Assembly (NCBI GenBank): GCA_009103225.1
Contig: RHPI01003041.1
Coordinates: forward strand, 401,001 to 465,000
DNA length: 64,000 nucleotides
From: Chlorokybus atmophyticus
Lineage: Eukaryota > Plantae > Mesostigma and Chlorokybus algae
Direction of reading: 5' to 3'
The position numbers and the translations under genes were made by a program. This document shows positions 33,101-45,700 of this stretch, piece after piece. How positions within the stretch are numbered: the first letter of the stretch is position 1; every line of letters begins with the position of its first letter. The notes under the pieces were generated by a model. It saw only the letters and a program-made list of their open reading frames with translations. It did no database searches and was not told the DNA's origin.

Positions 33101-33438
33101 GTGTCCACACACATGTACAGTATGTAGCTCAGCTGAGCAGAAGCTAGCAATGCACCGTAGTATGCTTGTGTGCTTGCTCGCTTACATGCATGAGCTTGAG
33201 GGCCATAGAAGCTCTCCAAACGGGCCTTGTGGTCGTCTCCGGAGGCTGGCTTGAGCCAGATGGCCCGCAGGACGGCCATATCGTCCCGAAAGGAGCGCAG
33301 CCGGCTCCCGAGCACCTTGGGCGACAGCGTCAAGGACAAGGAAGAGCCGGGCGCCCACCCCTCCCCGCTGCCCAGATCCCCAGCTGGCGCGTCCATTCTC
33401 TCGGCGCCGGTCCCGACCTCCCCACCCCACGGCGCCAT
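30119..33438 (-). CDS. BTA1: Betaine lipid (DGTS) synthase, BtaB-BtaA fusion, multi-exon
   Basis: [25 protein letters not shown]; [10 protein letters not shown] (SAM binding); [12 protein letters not shown]; [26 protein letters not shown]; [14 protein letters not shown]; [10 protein letters not shown]; [16 protein letters not shown]; [20 protein letters not shown]; [10 protein letters not shown]; [10 protein letters not shown]; TGA at 30119-30121. Confidence 0.93.
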
Positions 33439-35134
33439 GATGACGACGAAGACAACGGAAGCCTTTACGCCGTGTTCACCCTTTTCACCTCCACGCCGCC
33501 GCCACCCACCCCGACAGCCACATGCACAACGACAAGCTTAAAACGCCGTCTATGCCGTGAGCTATGCTCACTGAGCTCTCTTACGGCCGGCAAGTGTTGG
33601 CAAGTCGCCGAAGGCAATCGGCAGCCTCCCTGCAGTGGCTGCCCACTATTGTGCAGACAGTATCGGTCGTGAGCGAGGCTAGCAGCCGGATTCTGTCGTG
33701 ATACCTTCCGGCAGGCAGCGGTTGGCATCGCCAGTCAGTAGGTCAAAAAGTCCGGGTGGACTTGTGGCTTGGCTGCTGCGGGAAGAGCGGCGGACAAAAA
33801 GTTCCCGGGGGATCTTTTTCTCCGGCCGGAATCTCTTTCTTCCAGCGGAATCTTCCCTGTTGACAGGCGAACCTGGCTGGCAGTTGCATCTCTGTCGGTG
33901 TGGCCGCGGGAGACTGGGGGTTGCAAAATTTCCCGCGGACACTGGCGTGCGTTACGCGCTGGTGAATCACACCCGATGTGACGCATGCAGCGACATGACA
34001 TGTGCGTCGCAGTCGTGAGTCTGAGTGCAAGGCGTGACGCACAGTTTGCCCCTTGTACAGTTTAGTGAACAAACAACTTGACAACGCTAACTGCCTAGGG
34101 GCCCTCAGTCTGACCCCAGCCCTTGCACTGAAGGCCCATGGCAAGTCACGGTCACGAGCGATCAAGCAACAAGTGAGTATGGTTGAACATTTGATGGCAT
34201 TATCGGATAGGCATTTAAAAGATATTAATGGCTTTATAATAATAGGTATGGTTGTTGTGTGTACGAACGGAGTGGAGATTGCATTGGCATGTATAATGCA
34301 GACATATGTATCAATGGCACGATGCCATAGAGCAACATCATTGCACGGTCATAAATAGCGCACGTGAAACAGCATAGCAAGCAATGAATAGTCCATTGCA
34401 TTCACTCCCACAGTTGTCAGCATAAAGCATACCATAGTATGTGTTCAGCAGTGCTACATATACATACTCCTACTTAGCACCCAACCCTTCCATGCCACAC
34501 ACAAATGCACTTTAAGCTATCCACAATTGTGCATTTGCATAAAACTTAACGAATGTTGCATCTGCGGGGGAAGGCAACACCCTTTGGAAAACTTGGTTAA
34601 AGTGGTAAGTCAGGCTGTGAGGATGTCGCTTCCAAGGCTGAATCATGAGCATGTGTAGTGGTTATGAGGTGTGCTCACGCACAGGTTGCCCTTGAGCCCA
34701 TGCGGCCTTGAGCATAATAAACCGCACAAAACATGAGTAAGGTAGCACAGAGCTGCTCATTGCTGATATTACGTAGCTTGGTTATGTCACATCGATGTGA
34801 CACTATGTGTGAGCAGTGGTCACACATGCACGGAGCCGCTATAAGGCAGATCCAAATGCAAGATAATATCTCTTATTAGTCAATGTATCTACTAAGAAGA
34901 ACGCAAGGAGCCTTACCATTGATGCGCTTGGTTGGAGTCCTTGGGCAGCAAGGGGGAGTACATATATAAGGGTGTTGCCAACAGTGTGGTGGGCAACGGA
35001 GCCCGAGTGGAGCTACTCTACTCACGTGTGTAGGATGTAGTTGCTGATACTTGGTATATGCTGTTGTACTTTCTTGAAGCCTGCTGCACACCCGCCGGGA
35101 TAGGTATGTGTGTGGCGGATGACTGTACTCTTCT

Positions 35135-35759
35135 GTGCGAGGTATTGTTGCTGTTAATATTAAAACAAGTGTTGTTGTTTTTTCTCAAGTTGAAGTCTGC
35201 TCTACACCCGCCGGGACAGGCTATTATGGTAAGTGTGCAGTAGGTGTCACACATAAGGTGTGCGAGGTATTGTTGCTGTTAATATTAAAACAAGTGTTGT
35301 TGTTTTTTCTCAAGTTGAAGTCTGCTCTACACCCGCCGGGACAGGCTATTATGGTAAGTGTGCAGTAGGTGTCACACATAAGGTGTGCGAGGTATTGTTG
35401 CTGTTAATATTAAAACAAGTGTTGTTGTTTTTTCTCAAGTTGAAGTCTGCTCTACACCCGCCGGGACAGGCTATTATGGTAAGTGTGCAGTAGGTGTCAC
35501 ACATAAGGTGTGCGAGGTATTGTTGCTGTTAATATTAAAACAAGTGTTGTTGTTTTTTCTCAAGTTGAAGTCTGCTCTACACCCGCCGGGACAGGCTATT
35601 ATGGTAAGTGTGCAGTAGGTGTCACACATAAGGTGTGCGAGGTATTGTTGCTGTTAATATTAAAACAAGTGTTGTTGTTTTTTCTCAAGTTGAAGTCTGC
35701 TCTACACCCGCCGGGACAGGCTATTATGGTAAGTGTGCAGTAGGTGTCACACATAAGGT
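35135..35759. repeat. Tandem array of five apparently identical 125-bp units
   Basis: Unit GTGCGAGGTATTG...GTCACACATAAGGT starts at 35135, 35260, 35385, 35510 and 35635; a diverged partial copy (TTGAAGCCTGCTGCACACCCGCCGGGATAGG) lies at about 35074-35104. Confidence 0.95.
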
Positions 35760-36770
35760 AGGGGGAAAAGGCAGCCTCGCCAATTGTAGGGTTGGCGCTT
35801 GAAACCATGGTAGCCTTGTCGTTGTTGCTTTTTTTGGCCCTTGCTCCCGATGCCGATGTAACATGAGACTATCAGTAATAATCTTCGTTTGAATTGTACA
35901 TACGTTGTTGCTTTTGATGAGCGTAACGTTATCTGTTTGTTTTATATGTCTAGTTCAAGTGTTATTGACTGCAGTGGGCTTGTGGCATTGTATGCATGTA
36001 AAAAAACCTTTGGTTTGTGAGGCGCTCTCGTGCTCTCTGTTCTACCCTTCCTTCCAATGCTTGCTGCTCCCCCCCCCCCCCCCCCCCCCCCCNGTTGTCG
36101 GCTTCGGACGCGTCTCCAGAAAGACGCAATGGAGATTGAACGAAGTTGGCGAGCCTTGACAAGGGCTCCATGACGAGTTTTTTGCAGAGCAATGGAAAAA
36201 CCTTAACTTGGCTAACACGTGTATGGCCCTGCTTTAAATCAACCGTTATAAAGGATGAATTGCACGATCGTTTTTAAGGCAGAGTGTTTGAGCGGCAGAA
36301 GAAGATTGCTGATTTGTACAGGTTGAAAAAGAAAGGGCTAGTTGCAGAGTACCAAAAGGCTCGTGGTTTATGCAATACTGCGAGGGTTGCTTATTTTTCT
36401 TTTATCCTGTCGTCAATGACATTGTCGTTAGCTAATGCATGTGGGGCTTGTAATCGGGTGGAGGGGCTTACAGTAACCATTCACACAAGCTCCCCAGCCT
36501 TTGGGGGCTTTTATACAGGTTGTAACAACACCACCGTCGCCGGTGATGCCCCTTCAATCCTCTACCCCAACACCCACACCGCCTATGACAAGCCTTTCAA
36601 CGGCGTGGCCGCCACTGAGCAGAGAAGTGAAAGTCCCTCACATCAGTTTGATGTAACCTTTTATATAAAAAGTATATCAAATATATACCCCTCAATAATT
36701 AACTCACAACTAGACATCGACCCTACAGATAGGGTAGTAAGGAAATCTAGCGTGAGCCAATCACAGCTCA

Positions 36771-36828
36771 GATAAGGTACCTATCGATAAGGTACCTATC
36801 GAAAGACACCTATCGTAAGGTACCCAAC
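36771..36828. repeat. Short tandem near-palindromic repeat (GATAAGGTACCTATC x2 plus 2 degenerate copies)
   Basis: Perfect copies at 36771-36785 and 36786-36800, degenerate copies to 36828; core AGGTACCT is palindromic. Confidence 0.8.
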
Positions 36829-37149
36829 GAGATAGTGACCACATTATATCAAATGTGACACTAAATAAGCTTGAAAAAGCGGTTCTACACCCATTGGGAC
36901 TTATTTAAGCTATGATAAAGCATCATAGCCTTCAATAAGCGAGGAACCGTAGAAAAGAGGTATAAATAAGCATATATAAACACTTATTCATACAAAATGT
37001 GTTATTTAGGTAGCAATAATACCCCTATTATTGCTCCCGTTACACAGGTAGTTGCATTAATGTGTCGTGTAAAACTTTGGTTTGACCCCCACGTAATGTT
37101 ATTGTGCGCTTTGCTTGCTCCCCATGCATGGGCATTGTTGCTTTTTGAC

Positions 37150-40100
37150 CTACATCCAAGCTTTTTAAATGCAACTCTTGTGTGTTATGTGCGCACGTGT
37201 GTTGAGTTTTTACGCCTAAACACGAAAACAATGCCTTTATAAAATCACCATGTTTAAATGCAAGCTTCTGATTGTAAAGTAATGCGCGGTGTGAAATGGC
37301 AATCTATGCTATCGTTACGAGTTTGTTAAAAGATGAGTTTACCCGATTGGTATTATACGTGTTGCATCCACAAGCTGCATTGTGTGCCTGTGAATATGTA
37401 AGTATAATTCACATGAGCGCGAATCTTGTTATACACACGTAACACTACATTGCCGGGTAACTGTACTTTAAACTTGTATCAAAACTCTATTAGATAACTT
37501 TAATAATTACAACTTCGATGCCATGTGGGTAACATGCCACAATCATTGTAGATCATTAAAGATCACACTTCCTGGGAGAGCGTTCCTTACAATGTGTGCA
37601 ATAAAAGAGAAATACTCGTTGAGTTGATCAGCTCATGAATGTGACATGAAAAAACATGAGATGGTTATAGTGATGCAACCTACCACATGCTGCCATAAAT
37701 AGGCGTGCCGTATGCAAGTTGCGCAATGTGCCATACTGTTATCACTTAACACTGAATTTGTCAATGTACACTTGTGTGAGTGTACATTCGTAAGGCCCTC
37801 CTTGGCACGGCCTTCGTGACCGAAAGTGTTGACATTACATGGCATATGATATATCAATAGACAGAACTCGGCGTGAGGTATCCATCAAAATATTGTGCAT
37901 AAAATCTGGCGCGGTAAAGCGAAAGTTATGCTTGCTAACGTACGACTACGTCGTTGGGGCTCGCTGTTGGGACCTGTTTTGATGACAAGACACTGTCATT
38001 TAAGTGGGCTTAACTTTTTGTAGCAAAGGAATCTTTCGATGAGTAAACATTGAAAATTGTTCTGCTCGACGAGAGCAATCCAATGCGTTTATGATTTCCG
38101 CGAAATTTCCATACATGGAGCCGTATGGACGCTACAATAGGCCTTGCATAACTGTACACAAAAATGTACATTGACTTTTCTTGATTTAAATGCTTATCGT
38201 AATGCAACTCTGCACACACAAGAAACCAGAAGGTCTAAAACTCTGTACACTTGTTGCGTTAACTGTTGTTGACATGTGTATCAAGTTTTAGCCTTAAATA
38301 CCGAGTGATGCAAAAGATATGAGCGTGCCCACGAGGTGAGATAACTGTACACTTAAGTGTACATTTACGAACCTAATGTTAAAGGCCATCTTAAATTTGA
38401 TAATGTGTGCACAAGTGAATATAATATGTGATTGTTAGCATGCATAAATGCTAATACAAGGTGAATAGCTTAACTATGCATGGTATAGCAAGTGCTATCT
38501 CATGAGTACCCACGGAGTCATGTTGTGTTGCAGGTTTTGTATGATTTTAATAATTGTGACGTCGATACACTATGAGCCAGTAATTCAATTAACTTTCTTG
38601 TGTTGGCCTTCCTATTCGGTTGTTAACTATTTATGACAGGACATGTATCAATACTATACATTTTGCAAACTCGTGGTCAAGGAAGGCCGATGTTACAAGT
38701 GTTGAAGATGGTACAATAGCCATCATAACGTTGAAAGACGCTTTCCGCGCATAGAACGAAATTTACATGAGGACTCAACTGTTATCATGTATATAACTGC
38801 CAGCGATTGTGATGGTATCTTCAGAAAGTTTACGCATGCAAAGTCCTTTAACAAGCGAAGTATCATAGGGTACATCGTTTCGTCAATGATTGCAACAATT
38901 TGCTGTGACAAAAAACCGACTTGTTTAGTTGCTTATTCACAACGAATGTCTTATGGCGAGCTCGTTGAGTCACATGAAACATGTATCAACACTTATCTGT
39001 TATCTTGTATATGGTTGCCAATGATCATCATGCTAGCTTATCAGAGTATAATATGAACGCAATGTCTTTACATAAGAGAAATATTGTGGGTTACATTGCT
39101 TGATCAATAATTGCAATGAATTACACCTACTGCGACAAACTTTGACTTACATACGCCGTGATTTAGAGTCACAATGTTTGATGAGTTTACATATAAGCGA
39201 GACTTGGTAACAAACAGCGACATGTACATGGACGACAACAAGTGATAACTCGTGAATATTAACCGTTTGTATTGGATAATCCTTTTCGTTGTTATGAAGC
39301 AACACATATCCTTGTGTACGAAAGCAATGTATAAGGAGTGCAAGTTTGCAATTTGGATAAGTGTTGGTTACTTTGCTTACATGCAATCATCAGTGCAAGT
39401 AAGATGTGAATTAACTATGATCGTACTTTGCGAATACCATAATCAAAACATGGAGTGACACATGGTACCTTACATTGAATGCATCAAGTACATCATACAT
39501 GATGTATATTGTACTTGGTGCATCCACAGTGTTGCCAAAGATGACCGGATCGGTTGCGGGCCACTTCGCGCGGGTGAATGTTTTATATCGTTGATGTAAA
39601 ACGCATGATTGCATGTTCCTTGCGTTGCTACAATTTATGCAAATGGAAACACATGCTATGCGTCATCACACACGTGACGTGTGTGAGATGACGATTAAAA
39701 TGTGAGTAATTTTGTTGTAGTTTTTGCATAAGAATTGTTGATCAAAGATGTAATGGTCGCGTGTTGTATTCAGTATAACGTACCGCATATATATACGTTA
39801 AGCTCGCACTTGAAGCAATGTCAGTTATAGCGTTAATATTTATTGGACAGTTGAACAAGACATCCTATTGAATAGCATAAGGTATATGTTGTACAGATGA
39901 ATAAGACATGTTACTAAACAATATAGATTATGTATGTACATATTTTATCCAACATGAACATGATTGCCCTGCATGCAGGCGACTAAGACTAGAACTAGTG
40001 TCACACTATTAATACTACTAGCGTTTGTGGTGTAGTGGAAGTTGTTGTGTCCATGTAATGTCGTTGCCAGTGTGAGCAACTACCGATATGAATCAAATAG

Positions 40101-40530
40101 CATTCTTTCCCATAAGATGATAAGCTTGTCTTTAAAAACTCATTTTTTTTAACAAATGCAATACATTACCACAATGCGTACACGTGCGCGTGCGTAAGCG
40201 CTTGCCATGTGAGGGGCATTATCAATAATCGCTTTGACATGCTATACAATGACCCACGTGCATTGCGAACATTTTGCTGGAATCCACTTTTGTTTGACAT
40301 TAGGAACAAGCTTTACGAAACCCTTCATCGAGCCTTCCGCAAATGCACGACGCCTCATATACGTTACCGATGACACTTATGACACTTATATATTTATGAC
40401 GTGTGAGTATCATGACATGTTGACATCATTGGTTGATCGATACCACACCATCAAGCATATCCGAACAGCTTTATGCATGCAAGCTAGGGTTGTTGAGAAC
40501 GCCGTTCCACGTATCTGGGCAGCGTAAAAT
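37150..40530 (-). pseudogene. Possible highly degenerate KDZ/Zisupton-like transposase relic
   Basis: AT-rich block with stop-interrupted minus-strand fragments in an order compatible with this family: CSQC..HV (~40250), KWPATDPV..IY (~39530), CCNH*RNDVPYD (~38880), CTHCK..MIVACYPHGI (~37530), NTNRVNSSFNKL..LLYNQKL (~37300). Recognition is by eye only. Confidence 0.3.
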
Positions 40531-42736
40531 ATTGGTGTGTGAACAAAGTACACACGTGCCGTTGCACAAACAAGCGCTTACAACATCAGTGTTCGCCTGA
40601 TTTACACAGATGTGATCTTGTTGTAACTTCTGTGCGTACGAGTGTGTGTGCGTCTGCGTATGTCTGCATGGTGCTAAGTTTCACTAATGAACACATCATG
40701 ATTCTTAGTGATTATGCAGTGTTCAAATGTGCCACCATGGAGTTAGATGCGGCGCATGTGTAGAGTGATGTGCGTGCGTGCGCGCGCGCACATGCGCTTG
40801 CACACACATCTACGCAGCGCAAGCATATGAGGCCGTTGAGTACACATCCCTGTCAGACAAATTCATGAGTGCTGCAGGTTGCTGTCGACATTTACTGACT
40901 AATACCTGTCATTCTGTCTGTTTGCATTGTCACCAGCACCGTTAGCCATGCCATGTTGCCCCTCAACACCGAAGCAGGCTGAACTGAACACAAGTACACA
41001 CGTACCAGCCATGGTACCAACAACTACATTCACACTGCTGCAACGCAAAGAATAATGCATATGTGTGCGCGTGCCTGTGCGCAGGCATGCACACGCACAC
41101 GCACACACACACATATGCACGACCACATGCACGCAGGTGCGCGCTCGCGTACACACGCACGTGTGAATGCGTGCGCGTGCCTGTGCGCAGGCACGCGCAC
41201 ATGCCCATCCTCATGTGACATGTGCACGCTCGCACGCATCTGTGTGCGCGTGCACGTGTATGCACGCCCGCACCTATGTGAGTACATGTCAGACGCTTTA
41301 CAACCATCCTCTACCTGGTTGAGAGCGGCCAGTTGTGCACACAGCTAGCTATCCAGCGTCTGGTTGTGGCTTGTGCCTTTGCCGCTGCCAGGATTGGCTT
41401 GGTTGGAAGAAGCTGCCTCATTGAGAGTCACTGCGCCCGCGTTTGTCTGTGTATGCGCTCGAACGTGTACACGTTTAGGTGTGCGCGTGTGTGCACGTTG
41501 GTGTGCATTTGCACGTGTACACAAAACCTCATATTGCATACATACACACAACAGCTCTCCCATCAACAGTATAGGTACTCACCCCACTCTCTCTCTCTCC
41601 ATGTGCAGCTCTCAGCAACAACATGACCTGTCTGGCGCTGTCCATTCCTGCCCTCTTTGTCTGCGTGCGCGCCCGCAAGTACTGCGTGTGCGTGTGTGTA
41701 GGTAGGCTGAGAAGTTCTGTTTGTATAAAGAGTGAGGGGTAACTAATGGCATGCCCATGACTTGCATGGCACCGTACAGGCAATGTCGCACACGTAGGCA
41801 CCGTCACAAGCACTCCGTCATGCACAGACCACCGGGCTCACTACTTAGCTAAGTCTCTCACGTAGCTGTGTGTACTTACAATGCAAAACGGCAATGTGTG
41901 TGTGTGCGTGCGCGTGTGTATTTACAATACAGGCGATGCAAGAAGTTGTAACATGCATGAGAGTGTGTTACATGCATGAGCGTGGGTGGGTGTGCACAAT
42001 ATGCAGGACACGCATGCGCATGCATTGGACATGCATTGAGACTGTAACCGCATCACATGCACCACGCGCACAGCATCGACCTTAAATCAGTAAACTACCG
42101 GGCTACCTTACTACACGGCTAGTCTACTCTACTCTACTGCCCCGACGTGGGGGGTGGGGGGGGTGGGGGGGGGAGGACAAAAGATGCAAAGGGGAACTGT
42201 GTAGGGAGCTTGTAACGCAGTGAAGTGATGCCGAACAATGCGAATTAGTGGGGGGTTCGAATATGTACGGGTTCAGTCACCAGCCCACACACAGCGCCAG
42301 GAACATTTGGCCAGGGTGTGCATGTGTGCACAAAAGATGGAGTGCTGGTAAGACTGCATGCAAGGGCGTGTGCACAAGCAATGTTAACAAGATTACATCA
42401 CCACAAGCACATCATGTGCATATACGACCATGGTCAGCTTGCTTGCACATCAACTTGCACAAGGAGCGTCGAACATGTATTGCTAACGTACCCCCCCCCC
42501 CTTCAACAGCTCTAGTTCTCTCTTGCCACATCTTGAACATACACGCTGCTGGCGATTGAATTAGCCATCCGCCTGCTACAGCCATACCTATAGACCCATA
42601 TCACAACGTTTGGTCAGTCGTGTCTCAAGCCCAGCCCAACTGTGAACCTCAACTGCTTGCATTACAGCGGGGTGGACATAGTGTCGTGCATGTATATACC
42701 TACACACATACACGCAGTGCGAACACCACGTATTTC

Positions 42737-45700
42737 CTATTGTTGAGGGCACACTTGTATCGCGCAAACAAGCGCAGAGTCCTTGCTAGCCACCAGGCTA
42801 ATGGCAATGGCCTGGCCTGGTTTGTTCTGAACCACCACATTGAATGACTTCACCACCGCCGTGAAAGGGCCCTTTGCTGCCGCCACAATGTCAAAGTTGG
42901 GCAACACTGTTGCACCCTGCACGGGTGAACATGAATGCCATGTTAGTGTGATTATGTGATGAGTTGAAGAAAGTTGGGTCCAATGCATGTACCTGAAGTT
43001 TGATGTCGAACACGCGCTGGCCACTCTCATGCCAGTAAGTCTCAGCAAAGTGCAGCGTCACCGTATATGAGCCCGCTGTTGCTACCGGGACCGTGTAACT
43101 GCGCATCCAAATGTTGGTGTCTAATATTGCCTCACAGTTGCGCGTGCTACACAACAGCATGCGTTGATGCTGTATCATATGGAGCAGTCGTCACTGATGA
43201 GTGCATACAACACGCACAACATGACACCAAAGGGCAACTGAAGCTGCGAGAATGGTCATGTTGATACCTGAAGCTGCCGTATCGGTATGACTTGTATAAT
43301 TGTTCAAGCCCGACTTTGGCGCCCAGCATGGCGCAGCTACCTGCACACGAAACACACACATCAACGCGACATGATGTTTGCGTGCTGACACGCGTTGCGT
43401 TGACGTTTGATCACCCAGAGATATTCACACCTGCACTGGCTGTTGCACCTCCCTGGTAGTAATCATCTGCCTTCCACACATCACCCGAGAAGTCTGCATC
43501 ACCCGTGCACAAAGGCGTAAACAACTCGTCGACCCCATTGCTACCACCCCATGAGACTGCAACACACCCTCCACAACTTCCATCACAAAATAGTGTTACG
43601 AACAACCACAACGTTGCTCACCAGTGAAGCCGCTGTTGCTCCCTGCCGATATCAGCACGCACCTTCCCGGAAGCTTCGGTGGAGGCGTCGGCATGATGAG
43701 GCGCGGGCTTGGCACTTGTCCCGGCGCAGCCAACTTCATTGATAACCATGCACCAGATGCTGCACATTGATGGTGATGGTGATGATGATGTTGATGGTGG
43801 TGATGTTGTTGGTGTTGTTGATGATGATATTTATGATGGTGATGGTCTTACTTGTCAGCAGGGAATTTGGGCCTTGATAGGCAGCAGAGGAACAGTCGTA
43901 TGCTTCGCCATAAGGCACTGTTGCCTGCCGCAGTTGCATGATTGGTCATGCTGCGTTAGATAGCCCACACACAACACCATCATCACAGATAGACATATGC
44001 GTGTGCCCGCCTGTGCCCGCGTGTGCACGCATGCATGAGATGTTGTCTGCTGTCACATGTGAGCATGTGTGCGCAAGGACAGAATGCTTACATCAATCAC
44101 AACATAATCGCAGCCTGTGCCGGGGCAGAAATCCTCATCTGGGTCGGTGTGAATGTCGCGATACCGCTGCCCTCTTTGTCTGCACACAACCACAACAACC
44201 ACAACTTGTCTCACAAACAATACACATCAACATTCGTGTTGGTGTCTTGCAGTGATTCAGTCGGCTTCAGGCAGCTTACTTGACTGTGACTACCAACAAG
44301 CCCCGTCCCACATCCCAGTAGTAAGCATTGGCGTTGCTGGCGCGTTGATTCGCGAGGGTGTTGGCTTGTGCAAGCTGCGCCAGCACGCCGTCCTGCGCAT
44401 ACATAACGCGTATGTGTGTTACACTTGTGCATTATGAGCACTGACGCACAACCATTCATGTTGGAGTGCGTGAGCATTTAAGTGTGCGCACGCGCGCGCG
44501 TACTGCACGAGTGCACAATGCGAGTACCAACCACATGCATGCTTGCAGTCTTTGTCCTGCATGTTAGCAGCAACGTGATCACAAGTGGGTATGGTTGTTG
44601 ATCAATGAATGTCAAAGCACGTACCGAGTAGAGGCCAAGGCCTCGCTGGACGGAGATTATGACTGTGTCTGGAGGGTAACAAACGCCCAGCTCCACCCAC
44701 TCGCCCTGCAATGCAATACAAATTTGTGATGTGGTAGAGTGCCATATGCACAGTGTTTTGTTGCCTAGCATGTTCTGTATGAGACACAGGGACTCATACC
44801 TGATACGCATTGTCAAGCTGCAGTTGCAGCAGCTGTGGTGTTTGTGCATCGAAAACGAGCAGATACGACGCCCCAACCGACCTGTTAACATAGCCAGATT
44901 GGGGCCTGGCATTATGACATGATACCCTTGAGTCAATACATGCACAGCGGTAAACTTTGAATAATGACCATATTGGCTGCCAGGTTCCGGCGTTGCCACT
45001 CAACACGAGCTCGCCGTCATTAATGTTGTCGCTGCTGACTCTGTTGTTGAGTAACATGTGGAGAGAGTTGGGGTTGGCGCAAGGGCTGGACAAGCACTGG
45101 ACCTGTTGCAGCGATGTTGGGCGCCAAGTTTCTTGTGGTACTCAGGGTCATGTTTATGAGTCACAAGGCAGCAGTGTGGTTGAACAAACTTGTAGTTACC
45201 TCTGCGTTGGCGTATGCTTGTGGGCAGATCAAGCCGTTGGCACCATCATTAATGCAGCCAGGAGCTTTGTAGAAGTTCCAGCTTAAGGGTAAGACTACTG
45301 CCTGCAAGCATATGTAAACAATCACGCACACGCACACAATCAGGACCATAACCATGCATGTGTATGTACAGTACGCATGCAACCAAGCAGCACCACTTAT
45401 ATCTGACGGGGTCAATACGCATATATTGCTATAGATCCAGATGCATGCATATAGCGGGATGTGAATGAATCCCCAGGTATACGTACCCCTGCGTGTCCGG
45501 TCAATGAGCCGTCCGCATCATATATGTTGGTGGTCTTGCCTCCATCTGCCTGCATACGACATCAACACCGAGTCAACAATGCATACAAATCTGGCTTATG
45601 CTTGCGTGTGTAGTTCGTGTATGGGGCCAACGCGCAAAGTAACAAACACATGCATGCACTTACTTGAACATCTGAATTGCGTATATGAACGGGTGAGTTG

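Noticed and set aside
35135-35759. 125-bp array as a CRISPR array or as five 77-aa genes
   Set aside because: Units are contiguous and identical with no unique spacers; the ORFs are by-products of the repeat and begin at non-ATG codons.
36284-36775. 163-aa plus-strand ORF
   Set aside because: Non-ATG start, no recognisable motif, stop-riddled upstream context next to an assembly join.
40780-42060. Many Cys/His/Thr/Val-rich ORFs and possible extra 3' exons of the G8 gene (e.g. 41345-41450)
   Set aside because: Translations of CA/TG-rich low-complexity sequence; the malectin domain already ends naturally at AIQV..stop, and no in-frame splice path could be shown.
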